DNA from: an uncultured Erysipelotrichaceae bacterium | Lineage (GTDB): Bacteria; Bacillota_I; Bacilli_A; RFN20; CAG-826 | NCBI GenBank assembly: GCA_902791935.1 | Contig: CADAXQ010000001.1 | Span: 105,561 to 169,560, forward strand | Direction: 5' to 3' | Length of the DNA stretch: 64,000 nt | Shown here: piece by piece, positions 27,912 through 37,246 of the stretch | How the letters are laid out: every line of letters begins with the position of its first letter | Numbering within the stretch: position 1 is the first letter of the stretch | The notes under the pieces: generated by a model | Told to the model about the DNA's origin: nothing | Database searches by the model: none | What the model saw: only the letters and a program-made list of their open reading frames with translations | Program-made: the position numbers and the translations under genes

Positions 27912-27965
27912 ATGAAGGGAAAACGTCTTTCACCCGTTCTTCCATTTTTCCTTCTGCTCTTGTAG
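27912..27965 (+). CDS. Candidate 17-aa hydrophobic mini-ORF MKGKRLSPVLPFFLLLL (speculative)
   Basis: ATG at 27912 with AAAGGTGG ending 5 nt upstream. It has the same CTCTTG TAG TAG ending as the first mini-ORF. Confidence 0.3.
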   Translation: MKGKRLSPVLPFFLLLL

Positions 27966-27998
27966 TAGGAAACCCCTAACGCAAATAGGTTAAGACCT
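27957..27998. repeat. Repeat copy 2 (CTCTTGTAGTAGGAAAC CCCTAACGCAAATAGGTTAAGACCT)
   Basis: Direct comparison with 27689-27766. Confidence 0.85.
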
Positions 27999-28061
27999 CT
28001 TATCGTTATTCTTAAGAAGGGCACGTTGTACCCTTTATCAATAAAAGCACATACCTATGAT

Positions 28062-28095
28062 AAAAAAGGCCCATGTCCCAAAAGGAACATAGGCC
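28062..28095 (-). terminator. Rho-independent terminator after the ABC ATPase gene
   Basis: Minus strand: GGCCTATGT-loop-ACATGGGCC followed by TTTTTTAT. Confidence 0.65.
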
Positions 28096-28118
28096 ATTTA
28101 TAATCGCAGAGAATTCGA

Positions 28119-29663
28119 TTAGGCAATGCGTTTTTCGCTGCCAGCATCGAAGAGGTGCGCTTTCTTGACGTCGAAGAGAATATCCATCTCATCGCCGAGC
28201 TTAATCTCATGAACCATCGGGATCTTGCAGACTAAGTCATCGATGCCACCGAACTTCGTATGGACATAGTATTCATGACCAAGAAGTTCTGCGACAGAAA
28301 CACTGATATGGAACTTCACACCACCATACTTCTCCATATGGGCTTCATCCCCTTCATGGATGTCTTCCGGACGGAGACCGAAGATAATATCGCTTTCGCC
28401 TTTAAGCGCGTCTTGGCAACGGGCGATTTCTTTCTCATAATGTTCGGCTTTTGCCTTGGCGTAGGCATCGGCTGCCAATGCGATCTGATAGGGATCAGAC
28501 GCATACTGGGCTTCGGTTGCTTTCACTTCATCAAGTTTGGCTTGCGCTTCGGCTCTTGCCACATCGTCTTTCGCGACTTTCACCGCATGTTCGGCTTGTT
28601 GGACGCTCTTGGCAAGCGGATTTCCACCCTTGTCTAAGATTTCTTGTCCACGTGCCGTCATCTTCGTCATAAAGGCCGCTTGTTCTTTCTTTAACGATTC
28701 GACTTCTGCCGCATAGAAACGGGCATAGGATTGCTTGAAGGCGTCATCCAAGGTAATGGTTTCGCCAGACGGGAACGCTAAGACGCCGTCTTTGTAATGG
28801 GCCCGCATGAGGTTCATGGCTGGCGAGCCGATGAAGCTTGCGACGAACACGTTTGCCGGCTTGTTATAAATTTCAAGCGGCGTGCCAATTTGTTGGATGT
28901 GGCCGAGTTTCATGACGACGATACGAGTGGCCATCGTCATGGCTTCGGTCTGGTCGTGTGTGACATAGATCGTGGTCGCATGGAGCGATTCATGAAGTTT
29001 GATGATTTCGGAACGCATCTGAACCCGGAGTTTTGCGTCCAAGTTGGACAAAGGTTCATCCATCAAGAAGACTTTGGCATTACGGACAATGGCACGGCCT
29101 AACGCGACACGCTGTCTTTGACCACCCGAGAGAGCTTTTGGCTTCCGGTCGAGATATTCTTCGATTTGAAGAATCTTCGCGGCATCGTGGACCCGTTTGT
29201 CGATTTCGGCTTTCGGCATGTGACGAATCTTTAAGCCGAACGCCATGTTGTTATAAACGGTCATATGCGGATAAAGCGCATAAGACTGGAAGACCATCGC
29301 GATATCGCGGTCTTTCGGGGATTTGTCGTTCGCATATTCGCCATCGATGTAGAGTTCGCCGTTTGTGATGTCTTCCAAACCGGCGATCATCCGAAGCGTC
29401 GTGGATTTGCCGCATCCCGAAGGACCGACAAACACGATGAATTCGTGCTTCTTGATGTCGATGGAGAAGTCATAGACGGCTTGAATGCCATTGTCATAGA
29501 CTTTGTCGACATGGCGCAGGATGACGTAGCCATTCGGATCCAATGGTTCATTGGCTTCCATGGCTTCGATTTCTTTGGCACGCTCTTCCACTTCTTTTTT
29601 CGTGACGAGCGGCTGGCCGTTCAGAATTTGTTCTTCTGTGGCCGCTTTCTTATTTTTCTTCAT
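28119..29663 (-). CDS. Sugar ABC transporter ATP-binding protein (MsmK/MsmX/MalK-like) with N-terminal extension and a ~106-aa helical insertion
   Basis: Walker [10 protein letters not shown], signature LSGGQRQR, Walker [10 protein letters not shown]-loop YVTHD, and a C-terminal MalK-type regulatory domain. Start set at MKKNKKAAT (29663). No permease or binding-protein gene is adjacent. Confidence 0.9.
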   Translation of the reverse strand: MKKNKKAATEEQILNGQPLVTKKEVEERAKEIEAMEANEPLDPNGYVILRHVDKVYDNGIQAVYDFSIDIKKHEFIVFVGPSGCGKSTTLRMIAGLEDITNGELYIDGEYANDKSPKDRDIAMVFQSYALYPHMTVYNNMAFGLKIRHMPKAEIDKRVHDAAKILQIEEYLDRKPKALSGGQRQRVALGRAIVRNAKVFLMDEPLSNLDAKLRVQMRSEIIKLHESLHATTIYVTHDQTEAMTMATRIVVMKLGHIQQIGTPLEIYNKPANVFVASFIGSPAMNLMRAHYKDGVLAFPSGETITLDDAFKQSYARFYAAEVESLKKEQAAFMTKMTARGQEILDKGGNPLAKSVQQAEHAVKVAKDDVARAEAQAKLDEVKATEAQYASDPYQIALAADAYAKAKAEHYEKEIARCQDALKGESDIIFGLRPEDIHEGDEAHMEKYGGVKFHISVSVAELLGHEYYVHTKFGGIDDLVCKIPMVHEIKLGDEMDILFDVKKAHLFDAGSEKRIA

Positions 29664-29757
29664 AAGGTGATGTTTGGTCTCCCTTTCTTTTATGGCTATT
29701 ATAGCATGGCTTCCAAATTCATGTTGTGCATTGTGCATAAATTAAATAAAAAGCAGA

Positions 29758-30327
29758 TCATTTGCCACTTCCGAGTTGGAAATAAAGCTCTAATAACAAG
29801 GCATTATGATAGTCCCGGATATCGAGCTGCGTTTGGGCAATAAAGGCAGCTAAGCGGTAATTGAACGTATTGCGGTGGATAAAGAGGCTTTGGGCCGTTT
29901 CAGAGGCATCCATGCCGCATCTAAGATACGTCCCTGCCGTTAACAACAAGTCGTGTGGTACGTTTCGAAATTCATTGGATAACAATGGGAAAGAGGAATA
30001 ATCCCCAAATGAAAGTTCCTTCATTAACATATCCGTGAGATAAAGGCATTGGTTCGGGAAATACGATAACGCCTCGCGAAGGAGTTTCTCTTCTAAGGCG
30101 CCATCGCGGTGGGCAATCACCACCGTCACCGTAATCCCTAAGTCTTCATGGATGTTATAAAGGCAATCTTGTAACCGGATGCCTAGCTTCTCGGAAGCGA
30201 GAATATAGCCCTTACGGTCCGACTCATACGTAAAAGACAACGGTTCTTTAATTAAGGAAGATAACGATTCTTCCCACAAGTCCCGATCTAACGGATTGGA
30301 GGCAAGAAAGAGGTAATACTTGGTCAT
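29758..30327 (-). CDS. PucR/CdaR-like HTH protein
   Basis: 189 aa. The C-terminus ETAQSLFIHRNTFNYRLAAFIAQTQLDIRD matches the PucR C-terminal HTH pattern. It overlaps the GH13 stop by 4 nt. Confidence 0.6.
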   Translation of the reverse strand: MTKYYLFLASNPLDRDLWEESLSSLIKEPLSFTYESDRKGYILASEKLGIRLQDCLYNIHEDLGITVTVVIAHRDGALEEKLLREALSYFPNQCLYLTDMLMKELSFGDYSSFPLLSNEFRNVPHDLLLTAGTYLRCGMDASETAQSLFIHRNTFNYRLAAFIAQTQLDIRDYHNALLLELYFQLGSGK

Positions 30328-32039
30328 TGGAGAATTAATAAGAACACTTCAAAGGGGCGTAACGTGAAGACATGGTCTTGGAACAAGACGTCCCCATAGT
30401 TATGCAGTTTGATGTCTTTGATGTCGGAATAAAATGAGAAATAGGTGGTATAAGGCCGCATATTCGCGATGACGGCAAGGCGCATTGGCCCATCATGGCG
30501 GTAGGCGAACACATCGGGATGTTTCGGATCGATGATCGATAACGGCCCGTTCATCACCGTATCGTTCACCAATGCCTGACGACGATAAAGAATCGCGTAT
30601 TGATAGAAATTTAAAATGGAATAAGGATCCGCCATTTGCGAGGCGATATCGACGCCTTCGGTGTAGTTATGGTTAAGCGGCATATAAGGCGGTCTGGAAG
30701 AGAAACCGGCATAGGCTTGTTTTGACCACTGCATGACCGAACGGGAAGAAAGGCGGGCGGTGCGGTTAAGGTAACGCAAAATTTTGTCATCACTGATACC
30801 TGCTTTACGCCAAGACGCCACTTCACTTCGTTTCGAATCATCGATGTAGAAGTCATCAATGCGGTCAAAATGCAAGTTCGACATCCCGATTTCTTCGCCG
30901 TATTGAAGGAATGGCGTGCCATAAAGGAATAACAAGATGGTGAGCAACATCTTCGCCGATTCATCGCGGTATTTCGTCGAACCATATTGCGACAACAAAC
31001 GCGGTCCATCGTGGTTGCACCAATAAAGCGGCAAATCAGCTTTGCCATATAATCCGTCATACCAACGCATGAAGTTGCGTTTTAACGATAAGACGTCCGT
31101 TTTGATTTCATCATCGGCTTTGTCAAACGAATCGACGGAATCATTGTCAAACGCCGTATCAAAGTTAAAAACCATCCGTAACGGACCATCTTTGTAATTC
31201 ACGAGAGATAACGCTTGTGTAGGCGTCATGAAGTCCCCGACTTCTCCGATGGTCAAGACATCTCTTCCTTTCGTGACGTGTTCATCGAATTCACGGAGAT
31301 AATCTAACATCTCGGGACGATTAGAGAACCGGTCATAATCATCGACGGTGCCGTCGGGATTCGCCGGTTTTGAAGAATCTTCAAATGACAAATCCTTCGC
31401 CAAATGGGATACGGCATCCAGCCGGAACCCATCGACGCCTAAATCTAAGTAGTAATTCGCGATGCGGTAGATTTCTTGCCGTAAAGCAGGGTTTGACCAA
31501 TTAAGGTCAGGCATCGTTTTGCCAAAGACATGGAGATAATAGAGATTCGTATTCGGCACTCTTTCCCAACACGAACCGCCAAAGAACGAAGCCCAGTTGT
31601 TCGGGGGAAGGATTTCATTTCCTACCACTTTCCCTTCACGGATATAGTAATAGTCGCGTTTCGGGGAATAAGGATCCGCTAACGCTTCTTGGAACCACAC
31701 ATGTTGATTGGACGTGTGATTGAGCGGCAAATCAAGAATCAGACGGATGCCACGTTCATGGCAACCGGCAATTAAGGCTTTTAAATCATAGATGGTGCCG
31801 AAATGCGGATTGATCTTCATGTAATCCGAGACATCGTAACCGCAATCGAAAAACGGCGAATCAAAGATGGGCATCAGATAAATCAAATTGATGCCGAGCT
31901 CTTGCAAATAAGGAAGACGCGAGAGGATCCCTTCTAAATCCCCGTAACCATCGTGGTTAGAATCCTGATACGATACCGGACAAATCATGTAGCCGATCGC
32001 ATGGTCCCACCAATGGGAAATATTGTCGTTCATAGCCAA
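30324..32039 (-). CDS. GH13 alpha-glucosidase / oligo-1,6-glucosidase-like enzyme
   Basis: 571 aa with GH13 regions (DLGVDGFRLDAVSHL, EVGD) and the YQDSNHDGYGDLEG N-terminal signature of the oligo-1,6-glucosidase subfamily. Confidence 0.9.
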   Translation of the reverse strand: MAMNDNISHWWDHAIGYMICPVSYQDSNHDGYGDLEGILSRLPYLQELGINLIYLMPIFDSPFFDCGYDVSDYMKINPHFGTIYDLKALIAGCHERGIRLILDLPLNHTSNQHVWFQEALADPYSPKRDYYYIREGKVVGNEILPPNNWASFFGGSCWERVPNTNLYYLHVFGKTMPDLNWSNPALRQEIYRIANYYLDLGVDGFRLDAVSHLAKDLSFEDSSKPANPDGTVDDYDRFSNRPEMLDYLREFDEHVTKGRDVLTIGEVGDFMTPTQALSLVNYKDGPLRMVFNFDTAFDNDSVDSFDKADDEIKTDVLSLKRNFMRWYDGLYGKADLPLYWCNHDGPRLLSQYGSTKYRDESAKMLLTILLFLYGTPFLQYGEEIGMSNLHFDRIDDFYIDDSKRSEVASWRKAGISDDKILRYLNRTARLSSRSVMQWSKQAYAGFSSRPPYMPLNHNYTEGVDIASQMADPYSILNFYQYAILYRRQALVNDTVMNGPLSIIDPKHPDVFAYRHDGPMRLAVIANMRPYTTYFSFYSDIKDIKLHNYGDVLFQDHVFTLRPFEVFLLILQ

Positions 32040-32123
32040 GTCCTTTTTCTAGACGTGCGTAGCACGATATTCATTATGTCTTTATTATAGGCAATCGCCT
32101 GTTTTTTACTAGGGAATCACACC

Positions 32124-32178
32124 AAGAAAAAGAATGTTACCTTTTTACCTATTCATCAGGTAATCTAGTAACATTCTT
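32124..32178 (-). terminator. Strong rho-independent terminator after the glgB-glgP-dUTPase operon
   Basis: An 11-bp perfect inverted repeat AAGAATGTTAC / GTAACATTCTT (32130-32140 and 32168-32178) encloses an inner TTACCT/AGGTAA pairing. It is followed on the minus strand by TTTTTCTT. Confidence 0.7.
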
Positions 32179-32235
32179 AATAGAAACTGTTATTTTATCA
32201 GTTAATATTTTTACCTAAATCGAAGGTAAAATGAA

Positions 32236-32721
32236 TTAATAATGCGTTTCTTGACGATGATAATTCACGGCCAATTTTGCTTTGTAGGCAGCGAACATAT
32301 CGTCTTCGTTATAGCCTAAAGACGGCAAGAGATTTAAGAAGGCATGGAATGCGGTGCCATACGTCTCGGCATTCGCGTTTCTCGTAAAGTCCACCACGTC
32401 TTGATAGACACCGAGGATTTGATCGGTGAGTTTTCCTTCGTACGGCGTGAATTCATGTTGGAAATGGTCGATTCCAATCGCGATGCCAAGCGACAAGAAG
32501 AAATGCACGGCGTCGGCATATTCATCCAAAATCCGTTCTTTCGGGGACGGGCCTTTTAACGACCAAAATTTAAAGGTTCTGGTTTCGTTGGCGAATTCCC
32601 CGAGTTCCACGAGCAACGCGAGCATCCGTTCATGAAACGTGCTTTCATACGTCACGTGATGGAGTTCTTGAATTTCGGCATCGAGCCCTTTTTGAGCGGT
32701 ATAGAGTTCTGCTAATTCCAT
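32236..32721 (-). CDS. Dimeric (all-alpha, dUTPase_2-type) dUTP diphosphatase
   Basis: 161 aa starting MELAELYTAQKGLDAEI. It contains LALLVELGEFANETRTFKFWS and DEYADAVHFFLSLG, typical of the Firmicute/phage dimeric dUTPase family. The track ORF start is trimmed by 64 codons because it overlaps glgP. Confidence 0.72.
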   Translation of the reverse strand: MELAELYTAQKGLDAEIQELHHVTYESTFHERMLALLVELGEFANETRTFKFWSLKGPSPKERILDEYADAVHFFLSLGIAIGIDHFQHEFTPYEGKLTDQILGVYQDVVDFTRNANAETYGTAFHAFLNLLPSLGYNEDDMFAAYKAKLAVNYHRQETHY

Positions 32722-32725
32722 AAGA

Positions 32726-35155
32726 TTATTCTTCAAAATTTCCTTTCCGAAGCGAATAGGGTTCCAAATGCCAAATGTCGCGATTGTATTCGGCGATGGT
32801 ACGATCACTAGAGAAGACGCCAGACATCGCGATATTGTCGATGACAGCTTTGGCCCAACGTGGCTTGTCTTCATAGAATTTTTCCGCTTCTTCGCACGCT
32901 TTGACGTAAGCATCGAAGTCCGCTAACACAAAGAAGGGATCACCACGATTCATTAACTCATCAAATATGAGTTGGAACCGTCCTTCAGCGGAGACGGCCC
33001 AAGGACCGTTGAACAAGGAATCCACCACGCCTTTAATCACGGGATTTTGATTGTAGATATCCCAAGGATTATAGGAATGTTCGCGTTCTTTTTGCTCGAC
33101 TTCTTCGACGCTCATCCCGAAGATGATCGCGTTTTCTTTGCCAGCGCGTTGCACGATTTCAATGTTCGCGCCATCCATGGTACCTAACGTTAAAGCCCCA
33201 TTCATCATGAGTTTCATGTTCGAGGTGCCTGAAGCTTCGCGGCCTGCCGTCGAGATTTGTTCTGAGATGTCCGCGGCGGGGATAATCCGTTCCGCTAAGC
33301 TCACGCCATAATTTTCGACGAAGACAATCTTCATGTAAGGCGCGGCTTCTGGGTCATTGTTAATGACGTCTTGCACCGCTAAGATTAGTTCGATAATCCG
33401 TTTCGCATATTCGTAGCTCGGAGCGGCTTTCGCACCAAAGACATACAAATGCGGATGCATGGAGAAATGTTTCGGGTCGGCTTTTAACTTTTGATATAAC
33501 GCCATGATATGGAACAAGTTCAATAACTGACGTTTATAGGCATGAAGCCGCTTGATTTGGACGTCGATGATGACGTCTTTTGGCAAGGTGATGCCGTAAT
33601 GCTCTTCTAAATAATCCGCAAAGTCGGCTTTGTTCTGAGCTTTGATGTCCATGACGGCTTTTTGCGTCGCAGGATCAGAGTCAAATGCTTTGAACTTCTC
33701 CAGTTCATTCGGATGGATTTTCCAATCTTCTCCGATTTTGTCGCAAAGTAACTTCGTTAAGCGCGGGTTCGCGTACATTAACCAACGACGATGTGTGACG
33801 CCGTTGGTTTTGTTTGAGAACTTCTCGGGATAAAGTTCATAGAATTCTTTGAACGTATAGTGTTCCAAAATCTCCGTGTGGATTTTGGCCACGCCATTCA
33901 CGCTAAAGACGGCATGGATGGCCATGTTCGTCATGAGGATTTGACCATCTTTGATGATTTGCATCGCTTGAATCTTCGCTGGGTCGACTTTTTCTTCGGC
34001 TAATTCCGCTAAGAAACGGCGGTTGATTTCTTCGATGATCATGTAGATGCGTGGTAGCGTCTTTTGGACATAGGTGACAGGCCAACGTTCTAAGGCTTCT
34101 GGCATGACGGTATGATTCGTATAGGCAAAGCAGTGTCTTACTTGATCCCAGGCTTCGTCCCAGCCCATGCCGTAGACATCCATCAGTAGACGCATCATTT
34201 CAGGAATGGCCAAAATCGGGTGGGTATCGTTAAGTTGGAAGACATAATGGTCTTTTAACTGAGTCAAATCGCCATAACGTCTTGCTTCGGCGCGCATGAC
34301 GGATTGTAATCCCGCCGAGACCAAGAAATATTGTTGCCGTAACCGTAATAATCGACCATGTTCTGTGGAATCGTCGGGATAAAGACCAAATGACAATTCT
34401 TTTAAGGTCGATAAATAATCGTTAAAAGAAACATCGGTTGGTAAGTTTTCTTCACTTGGTTCGGCACTCCAAAGTCGCAAGGTATTCGCGACGCCGTTAC
34501 GATATCCGGGAATAGAGACGTCATAAGGGACGGCACGAACATGGGTGGCGTTCACCGTGCGAAGCGCGTATTCGCCATTCGGTTTCAAATACGTTTCGGC
34601 ATTGCCACCGAATTCCACCTCGACCGCGTGTTTGGGTTTCCGGACTTCGAAAACGAAGCCATTTGAAAGCCATTCATCCGGCAATTCCATTTGACGGCCA
34701 TTCACGAATTTCTGGCGGAAGAAGCCATATTCATAACGGATGGTATTGCCGTGCATCGGTAAGCCAAGCGAGGCAGCGCTATCTAAGAAACAGGCCGCCA
34801 AACGGCCTAAACCACCATTGCCTAAACCGGCATCGGGTTCTTGTTCTTCTAAATCTTCTAGACGGATGCCATAATCGGCTAGCCCATCTTTCACCAAATC
34901 GCGAACCCCGAGGTTTTCGAGGTTGCTTTTCATCAAGCGGCCAATCAAAAATTCCATCGAGAAATAGATGCACTGCTTCTTGCCGCTGATGACATCATCG
35001 CGGCAATTGCGCCAGCCAATGCCAGCGTAGTCGCGGATCATTTCGCCTAATACTTCGTAACGTTCGGTGATATGGCTATCGGGGACCGAGCGGCCATAAC
35101 GTTCAATGAGTCGTTTTTCAAATTCCTTCTTAAATGCTTCTTTATTTTCAAACAT
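32726..35155 (-). CDS. glgP: Glycogen/maltodextrin phosphorylase
   Basis: 809 aa with the PLP-site region EASGTSNMKLMMNGALTLGTMDGANIEI. Confidence 0.96.
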   Translation of the reverse strand: MFENKEAFKKEFEKRLIERYGRSVPDSHITERYEVLGEMIRDYAGIGWRNCRDDVISGKKQCIYFSMEFLIGRLMKSNLENLGVRDLVKDGLADYGIRLEDLEEQEPDAGLGNGGLGRLAACFLDSAASLGLPMHGNTIRYEYGFFRQKFVNGRQMELPDEWLSNGFVFEVRKPKHAVEVEFGGNAETYLKPNGEYALRTVNATHVRAVPYDVSIPGYRNGVANTLRLWSAEPSEENLPTDVSFNDYLSTLKELSFGLYPDDSTEHGRLLRLRQQYFLVSAGLQSVMRAEARRYGDLTQLKDHYVFQLNDTHPILAIPEMMRLLMDVYGMGWDEAWDQVRHCFAYTNHTVMPEALERWPVTYVQKTLPRIYMIIEEINRRFLAELAEEKVDPAKIQAMQIIKDGQILMTNMAIHAVFSVNGVAKIHTEILEHYTFKEFYELYPEKFSNKTNGVTHRRWLMYANPRLTKLLCDKIGEDWKIHPNELEKFKAFDSDPATQKAVMDIKAQNKADFADYLEEHYGITLPKDVIIDVQIKRLHAYKRQLLNLFHIMALYQKLKADPKHFSMHPHLYVFGAKAAPSYEYAKRIIELILAVQDVINNDPEAAPYMKIVFVENYGVSLAERIIPAADISEQISTAGREASGTSNMKLMMNGALTLGTMDGANIEIVQRAGKENAIIFGMSVEEVEQKEREHSYNPWDIYNQNPVIKGVVDSLFNGPWAVSAEGRFQLIFDELMNRGDPFFVLADFDAYVKACEEAEKFYEDKPRWAKAVIDNIAMSGVFSSDRTIAEYNRDIWHLEPYSLRKGNFEE

Positions 35156-35160
35156 GGATG

Positions 35161-37110
35161 TTATTTTGCCTTTCTTTTGCGGGCGGAGGTTTTTCGTTTC
35201 GAAGACTTCGTTTTCGTCTTCTTTTCCTTCGTCGGCGTTCCGATTATAGGGGTTTTTGGCTTCGTAATCACGCGTTTTAGGATTAAAGCGGCGAAAGAGC
35301 CTAACTTAATTGTCACGTGATAGGGTCTTCCTTCTGGGGCGCCAGGCATGGTTTGGCAAGGCAATCCATTATATTGGTTATTGCCCCCATAGACGTCCTT
35401 GTCAGAATTAAAGAGTTCGCGCCATTCTCCTTCATGATAGACGCCGACATCGTATGTTTCGTAATAATTCGGCGTCATGTTAAAGACGAATAACAAGTCG
35501 CTGTCACCCACGGTCCGTTCAAACGCGAACACCGATTGATCGGCGTTGTCAACCAACGTCCATTGATAATGTTCAGGGTTATATTCCTCGACTTTCATCG
35601 CATCTTCGCTTCGATAAATGAGATTGAGGTCACGGACTAACCGTTTGATGGAATCATGCTTGGGATACGTCAACAAGTTCCAAGGCAACGAACGGTTCTC
35701 ATTCCATTCGTCAAAACTGCCGAGTTCATTGCCCATGAAGTTCAGTTTCTTGCCAGGATGGCCGAATTGATAGGTGAATAAGTTCCGGAGCAATGCGAAT
35801 TTTGTGTCATAGTCGCCCCATAACTTATTGATGATGGTGCCTTTGCCATGCGTAACTTCATCGTGGCTTAATGGCAGTAAGAAGTTCTCACTATAGAAAT
35901 AGGCCATGGAGAACGTGATTTTGTGGTGTTCGTATTTTTTATAGATGGGATCTAACGAATAATACTTTAACGTATCATTCATCCAGCCTAAATCCCACTT
36001 GTAGTCAAAGCCTAAGCCTCCATATTCCAAGGGCTTGGTCACGCCTTGGAAGTCAGTGGAATCTTCGGCAATCATCATCAAAGCAGGATGGGCGAGATGC
36101 AATTTGCCATTTAAGCGCTTGATGAATTCGGTCGCACCATGGTTTTCGCCTTGGGATTTATCCCCTTCCCAATAGACAATGTTTGACACGGCATCGACCC
36201 GGATGCCATCGAAATGGAAATACGTGACAAAATAGTCCATCGCGCTGATTAAGAATGAGCGGACCGGATCTTTGCCTAAGTCAAAGTAACAAGAGCCCCA
36301 AGGGCTAAACGTATGATGCGGATCGGCATATTCGTATAAGCACGTGCCATCAAATTCTCTTAAGGCCCAGGGATCATTCGCGAAATGCACGGGGGCAAAA
36401 TCCAAGATGACGCCGAATCCGGCTTGATGGAGGCGGTCCACAAAACTCATGAGTTGGAAGGGATTCCCATAACGGGCATCGACGGAATAGAATCCTGTCG
36501 CTTGATAACCCCAAGAACCATCGAAGGGATATTGGGTAATCGGCATGATTTCGACATGGGTGAAGCCATTTTCTTTTAAATAAGGAATCAAATCATCCGC
36601 CACTTCTTCATAAGACGGGAATCTTCCGTCTTTTAATCCGCGCCACGAGCCAAGGTGAATTTCATAAATCGACATGGCTTCGTCGAACGAGCGCGTACGT
36701 TTTGCTAAGAAATCGGCATCATGCCAGGCAAAGTTCTCAATGTCGAACAAGCGAGAACAAGTCCCCGGCCGTAATTCCGAATAAAACGCGAATGGATCCG
36801 CATGGTCGACATATTCTCCGCGCGCATTCCGGAAATGGAACTTGTAGGAATCATAATTATGAAGTCCTTCCACAAATCCTTCCCACACGCCTGAAGCGTC
36901 GACTTTGCTTAAGGGATTCACTTCCGGATTCCAGCCATTCCAGGAACCAATGACGGAAACGTTGTCCGCACAGGGCGCATAAAGACGGAACGTCACGCCG
37001 GAATGAAGCTTTCCTGCTTCATCGGTGTACGACCCAAAATGCGCGCCGAAATAACGATAGGCTTCTTGAGACTGGCCCATCAAATAGTCGTAAAGGATAC
37101 CATATGCCAT
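35161..37110 (-). CDS. glgB: 1,4-alpha-glucan branching enzyme with a lysine-rich C-terminal tail
   Basis: 649 aa with a CBM48 N-terminus and a GH13 core (DGIRVDAVSN, IAEDST). The last 38 aa are KRVITKPKTPIIGTPTKEKKTKTKSSKRKTSARKRKAK. Confidence 0.95.
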   Translation of the reverse strand: MAYGILYDYLMGQSQEAYRYFGAHFGSYTDEAGKLHSGVTFRLYAPCADNVSVIGSWNGWNPEVNPLSKVDASGVWEGFVEGLHNYDSYKFHFRNARGEYVDHADPFAFYSELRPGTCSRLFDIENFAWHDADFLAKRTRSFDEAMSIYEIHLGSWRGLKDGRFPSYEEVADDLIPYLKENGFTHVEIMPITQYPFDGSWGYQATGFYSVDARYGNPFQLMSFVDRLHQAGFGVILDFAPVHFANDPWALREFDGTCLYEYADPHHTFSPWGSCYFDLGKDPVRSFLISAMDYFVTYFHFDGIRVDAVSNIVYWEGDKSQGENHGATEFIKRLNGKLHLAHPALMMIAEDSTDFQGVTKPLEYGGLGFDYKWDLGWMNDTLKYYSLDPIYKKYEHHKITFSMAYFYSENFLLPLSHDEVTHGKGTIINKLWGDYDTKFALLRNLFTYQFGHPGKKLNFMGNELGSFDEWNENRSLPWNLLTYPKHDSIKRLVRDLNLIYRSEDAMKVEEYNPEHYQWTLVDNADQSVFAFERTVGDSDLLFVFNMTPNYYETYDVGVYHEGEWRELFNSDKDVYGGNNQYNGLPCQTMPGAPEGRPYHVTIKLGSFAALILKRVITKPKTPIIGTPTKEKKTKTKSSKRKTSARKRKAK

Positions 37111-37188
37111 AACATACCCCGTATTTTTCTGGCTCTATTATAAACGATACGCGCGAGCATAGGAAAGCAGTTCTTGTTGTTTATCTCT

Positions 37189-37217
37189 TTGCCTAAATGC
37201 CCGAAGCAGTCTACAAT
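37189..37217 (+). promoter_or_regulatory. Sigma-A type promoter for ackA
   Basis: TTGCCT - 17 nt - TACAAT. AAAGAGG lies 8 nt upstream of the ATG at 37247. Confidence 0.6.
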
Positions 37218-37246
37218 CATGACGATATCAAAAAGAGGTTTCTATT

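Noticed and set aside
27601-28024. Minus-strand ORFs of 73 and 88 aa spanning the duplicated blocks (both contain VSYYKSRR)
   Set aside because: They overlap each other in different frames. They are extremely Arg/Lys-rich with no hydrophobic core or known motif, and their shared residues are just the reverse-frame reading of the repeated DNA block. They are kept only as an alternative in the 27476-28060 finding.
32205-32235. Hairpin TTTACCT-N7-AGGTAAA just after the dUTPase stop as the operon terminator
   Set aside because: No U-tract follows it on the minus strand. The larger hairpin at 32124-32178 with a T-run is the more convincing terminator.
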